64,000 nucleotides of DNA from assembly GCA_002633005.1 (NCBI GenBank), contig NMRA01000736.1, positions 36,790 to 100,789 on the forward strand, given 5' to 3'. Under the pieces are notes generated by a model. That model had not been told where the DNA came from, searched no databases, and saw only the letters and a list, made by a program, of their open reading frames with translations. Each line of letters begins with the position of its first letter. The first letter of the stretch is position 1. The position numbers and the translations under genes were made by a program. Below are positions 59,884 to 64,000 of this stretch, in pieces. This DNA is from Phoronis australis (taxonomy: Eukaryota; Animalia; Phoronida).

Positions 59884-62605
59884 GGGCAATTCCATTTGTG
59901 ATGGGCGTACAATCAGAGAGCATTTTGATAAATTGTGAAAAAATGTTCACCCTAGGAAAATAATTAATACATCATTTGATAGGTCTCACTGATAGCTTTC
60001 AAAGCGTTTATAACTTTTTCCCTATCTTTTAATCTGACTGAGAAAATTGTCTTTAAATGGGTGTGACGGACGCCCGTACGTAGAGAATTTGAATTTTTAA
60101 AAAAAAGTAACGTTAATTTTCTGTAAGTTACAATTATTTGTTTTACATGATGATTTAGTGGAATGTTTCAATGAATAACACACTATTTTTTGTGATATCT
60201 GCCAAGAAATTTTTGTCAGACAGCTCGACATAAGTTCAGTTACTATGACGGGGCGTACGTGATGGACGTACGCTCTGAATTTTTTGTATTAAATTGTTTG
60301 TTGTGACTAAAATATCAATTCAGAATGATTCAAAATTTTGCAGTATTTAAGCTATATTGGCCTTTTGCTACTAATTCAATGTCTTTTAATGAAAATGTAC
60401 CTATTGACCTTTTGCACGAAATCATCCCAGGTAGGGCTTTAGTAGGAATATACTCTAGGATTTTATCTTTTCAATACATTGGATTAAATGTATAAAATAA
60501 TCACCTCAAATTTTAACTAAACAATATCGATTGGATTGAGAGTGATAATCAGTTTGTATTTGATAGCTGTTAATTATTAGGAAAATCTGTCTTTAAGCGT
60601 TAAATAGAACACTTATTCAAAACTAATGAGTATATGTAAACATGACAGTCAAAATATAAAAAGTGAAATAAATTTTGAAACATTACTAATAACTGTCATA
60701 AAAATGCGTTTTAATAATTGTTTTTTTAAATTAGAACTTGTCCTTAGAGCTTGTACAAAATTATTACCTGGTCCATGCTGTCGATGGTTCTGATGCATGC
60801 CCATATAAGTAATAACTGTGATATTTTTAAAGTATTAGTAACAAGACTTCGGTATCTTATTAAAACAAAGTGTGAAGCAAGGTTTAGTAGACATCATCGA
60901 TATTTGGCATTCATATTTTGATTCAATTCACCCGTGCTGTCTTCCAGTGTGAAAACAAGACGTTTTAAATTAATTATAATTATTATTTAGGAATATGTAG
61001 AGCTAACCTATCAGATGCACGTTTCTATTTAGTGATTAAAATGATAAGGTTTTCATCCATCTCTTCAACTTATGCCTTCTTTTCAAATTTAATAAGAGAC
61101 TTTAAATAATGCCACATCAATGAACGCGCAAGTACAATTATGAATTTCATGATCCACGATGGCATTTTTTTTCGAGTTTCAGAGAATATTCCAGCAGATA
61201 TATATTCTTCTCCCGGTTGCGTCTGGTCCTCCCGTGGTCTCCAACAATTTCCTCCTTTCCAAATGGGAATTAAATTACCGAAGCTCAGCAAAAAAAATTA
61301 ATCGACTAATTCTTAAAAAAGATTGAAGGGTCAAATATATGTAAGATGAGACAATGTAATAATTTGCCATGAAATAATTTCATACAAGCCACCAAATGAC
61401 CCCATACACTGAAAAACACAAAAAGAGTGCCTACAGCCTGAGTGTGACAAAAATGCTCAATAAAGTAGGTGACAGATTCTTACCGCTTGAAAATTCCCGG
61501 AATCGGCTTTTTTAACACAAAACACAACATAACAGGTCGGAGTAGAAATAACATGTTGACTCCAGTGCAATAGCAACTTGACATGTATTCCTTTAGGTCT
61601 TTTGTTGTTTGCTATACTCTAGAGCATCTTAGGATTGATTTTGTATGAATATTTTTGCATCCTGAATTTCCCAAAAGCTAAACATTTCTTTACTAACACG
61701 GGGTACCAACAGAAAAACAACAAGTTCACTAAAGTAACATTTTCTTTTATTTACATTTTATAATGTGGTACAACTGTTTCATTTTAATAAGTTGAATTCT
61801 ACTAAGATTAACTAGATGACATTATAAACTACAACTTTTCTGCAAATACTTTTGAGATTGAAAAAAACCAAAGCATTTAGTTAAAATCTGTAACAACTTC
61901 TTCATTTAATTTTAAAGATGCCTTTGTAATATTTTATGGTTTTAAGTTTCTTAGTTGTGAGAAACATTTTATCATTCAAGTTTAGAAATTGAAATTATAA
62001 CCTAATGTTATTTTTATTGGCTGAAAAATTGCAATTTCATGGGTGTGACGGACGTACGTGACGGACGTACAAATTTGCTGTTCTTCTGTCACACAATTTT
62101 TGACTAAACGAATAATCCCTGGGATCCAAAATTTTGGTCAAAATTATTGAGTAACAAGTTAAAAGAGAATCTGAAATTATTTTTATTTTGATTGAAAACA
62201 TTTAAAGAAACTAAACTTTTTAACACTCTTTTATGATGGACGTACGACACCATGATATCTAGGAGTTGACCTTTGACCCCAAGAGGTCATTGATGTGCCC
62301 AAGTGTAAATGCTATCATTTATGAAGTTTGAGATTCATGTGATTGCACAATATTAATAGTATAGTGAAAACCCTATAATCAGCTTTTTATGACAATAATT
62401 AGCAACACACATGAAATTCGAGCTAAATTTTTAGGGTCAAGTGACCCCAAAAATGGGTCCATTTAAGTAAAAACCTGAAAGTTATAGGACAGTCAAATAT
62501 ATGTCCTAAAACAAGAGAGAATGGACTTTCAGATGAGACCAAAAATGTTAGTGTAGCTACAATTTTAACTTTTATGTCGAAGTTAACCTTTTCACGGAAT
62601 TGCCC
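59884..62605. mobile_element. Large non-autonomous TIR element, possibly Sola2-like
   Basis: Termini gggcaattccat / acggaattgccc, inverted ggtctcactgatag (about 59982) / ctttcagatgagacc (about 62526), and repeated gtgacggacgtacg motifs near both ends. No TSD match, so the superfamily is tentative. Confidence 0.55.
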
Positions 62606-63445
62606 ATAAATGACTTGCAGCATTTCGAGGGCATGAGTTAAGAATGTTCAGTCATTGAGAATTCCTATGACAACTTACCGCTAAGGACCCGAATAAGTAA
62701 ATAAACAAAACAACTTACGAACCTTTCCTAAAAATAGCTGTCCCTTTTCAAAGACTTTGTTCGTTGTCTCCGATATAGAAAGTAGCCTTTGAAAACAGAC
62801 CTGCACTGGATGGGAAGATCTTGCTGGTTAGCTGCAGTCAACTGCATAAAACAAGTTTTTATCCATTCAGGGACGGTTGCAGAAGAGATGCATATCTCGT
62901 CTGCCTGGTACTAGCACTCAAACCTAAAAACCAAAGGTCACGTGAAAACAGTCATGATTTTTCCATATCAACGTGTAATATATTTCCGGACGACATACAT
63001 GTACAATATAGGATATAGGGAGTAAACGAAGAGTCTAATGGATATTCAGTTATCACGTACACTTTGGGCTTGGATTGTAATCTTACCTCACTAACCAATA
63101 TCGAGTCGGCAGCATAAACATTCAGCATTGAATGATGTAACTGTCACTGATAAACCTACTAGGAATCATTCTAAACATGAATAATACTGCTTTGACGTAC
63201 GAAATGATCTCTAGTGCTACGTCATTGAATATTACACATCAAAAACAAATCTGACTGGCGACTGCTGCGAAGTCGACACCGGCCAGTACATCAGTTAGCA
63301 GGCGTTAGTATTGTAAACATGGACTAATCGTTAAAATAATCACAAGCCTTACCTTACTTACTTCATCTCATGCAAGCACCTTTTTCACGCAATCTCAGAT
63401 TCAGTTGGCACGGCTGCAAGCCATTTTATCATGTACATGTATTAA

Positions 63446-64000
63446 AGGTGAAGGCAACCTTTTTCATTTCATTTTGAGCTAAAATAAGGTTGATTGGTTA
63501 TCCTAGACATATTTTCCACTTTATTACAGCTTTGCGTAATTTTGTTAATGACTCGTCCGCTACTCCGGAAGTGACGTTTTAGGAGGCAATCATTTCGCGC
63601 CAATTTCTTTTCATATAGTCTGACTGTGAGAGCTGCCGAGTCAGTCATTGTTCTACCTCGGTTGTGTCAAGTTACGTCGTCGTTTGCTTTCATTTACTAG
63701 TCAGTCAACATGCCACACTGTTGCTGCGTACCGGGATGTACTAATTATCGTCTCAAGCGCGCTTTAGGAGTACCTTAGCATCGCTTTCCGATGGATGACA
63801 CACTTCGCCGTACTTGGCTCGTTCGTGTGAAGAACGCAGCGTTACCCGTCCACGCAACGTACAAAGCAGTCGAGAATTACCGTGTGTGTGGCAAGCACTT
63901 TCTGCCGTCCGATTACGAAAGGGATTTGTACGCTGAACTGATGAAGGTACCTGCGAAACAACGCCTGAAGAAGGATGCCATTCCGTCTGTGTTGATTCCC
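63446..64000 (+). mobile_element. Left end of a Kolobok-like transposon running off the window
   Basis: TTAA at 63442-63445, then aggtgaaggcaac..., homologous to 57447-57757 and leading into a THAP reading frame. Confidence 0.8.
63710..64000 (+). pseudogene. THAP domain, complete except for one in-frame stop (transposase N-terminus)
   Basis: MPHCCCVPGCTNYRLKRALGVP*HRFPMDDTLRRTWLVRVKN...YRVCGKHFLPSDYERDLYAELMKVPAKQRLKKDAIPSV has C2CH, HRFP, W and the AVPTIF-like box. TAG at 63776-63778. Confidence 0.88.

Overview
Intron-rich, AT-rich animal genomic DNA, probably a marine invertebrate (inferred from the gene and transposon families). Most ORFs in the supplied track are spurious, and the real genes appear only after splicing. 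Two host genes are supported. (1) The 3' part of a + strand extracellular protein with at least 2 TSP1 repeats followed by a Caspr/neurexin-IV-type fibrinogen-like domain (exons 73-4762), which has a second, paralogous 68-nt terminal exon at 6461-6528. (2) A - strand ammonium transporter (Amt family; ATG 30207, stop 19692) whose middle exons are missing, probably inside the N gap at 22176-22921. The rest is mostly decayed mobile DNA: a ~4-kb Academ transposon, several TTAA-flanked Kolobok-like elements carrying THAP domains, a Gmr1-type Gypsy gag remnant, MITEs and microsatellites. A CR1-group LINE has three nested insertions: a solo LTR with heat-shock elements upstream of its TATA box, a MITE, and an internally deleted RTE. 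I found no convincing new multi-gene system. The best leads are the duplicated last exons, the HSE-rich LTR upstream of Amt, the fold-back THAP element and the strong excess of the octamer TACATGTA. All family calls are from motif recognition by eye, without database searches.
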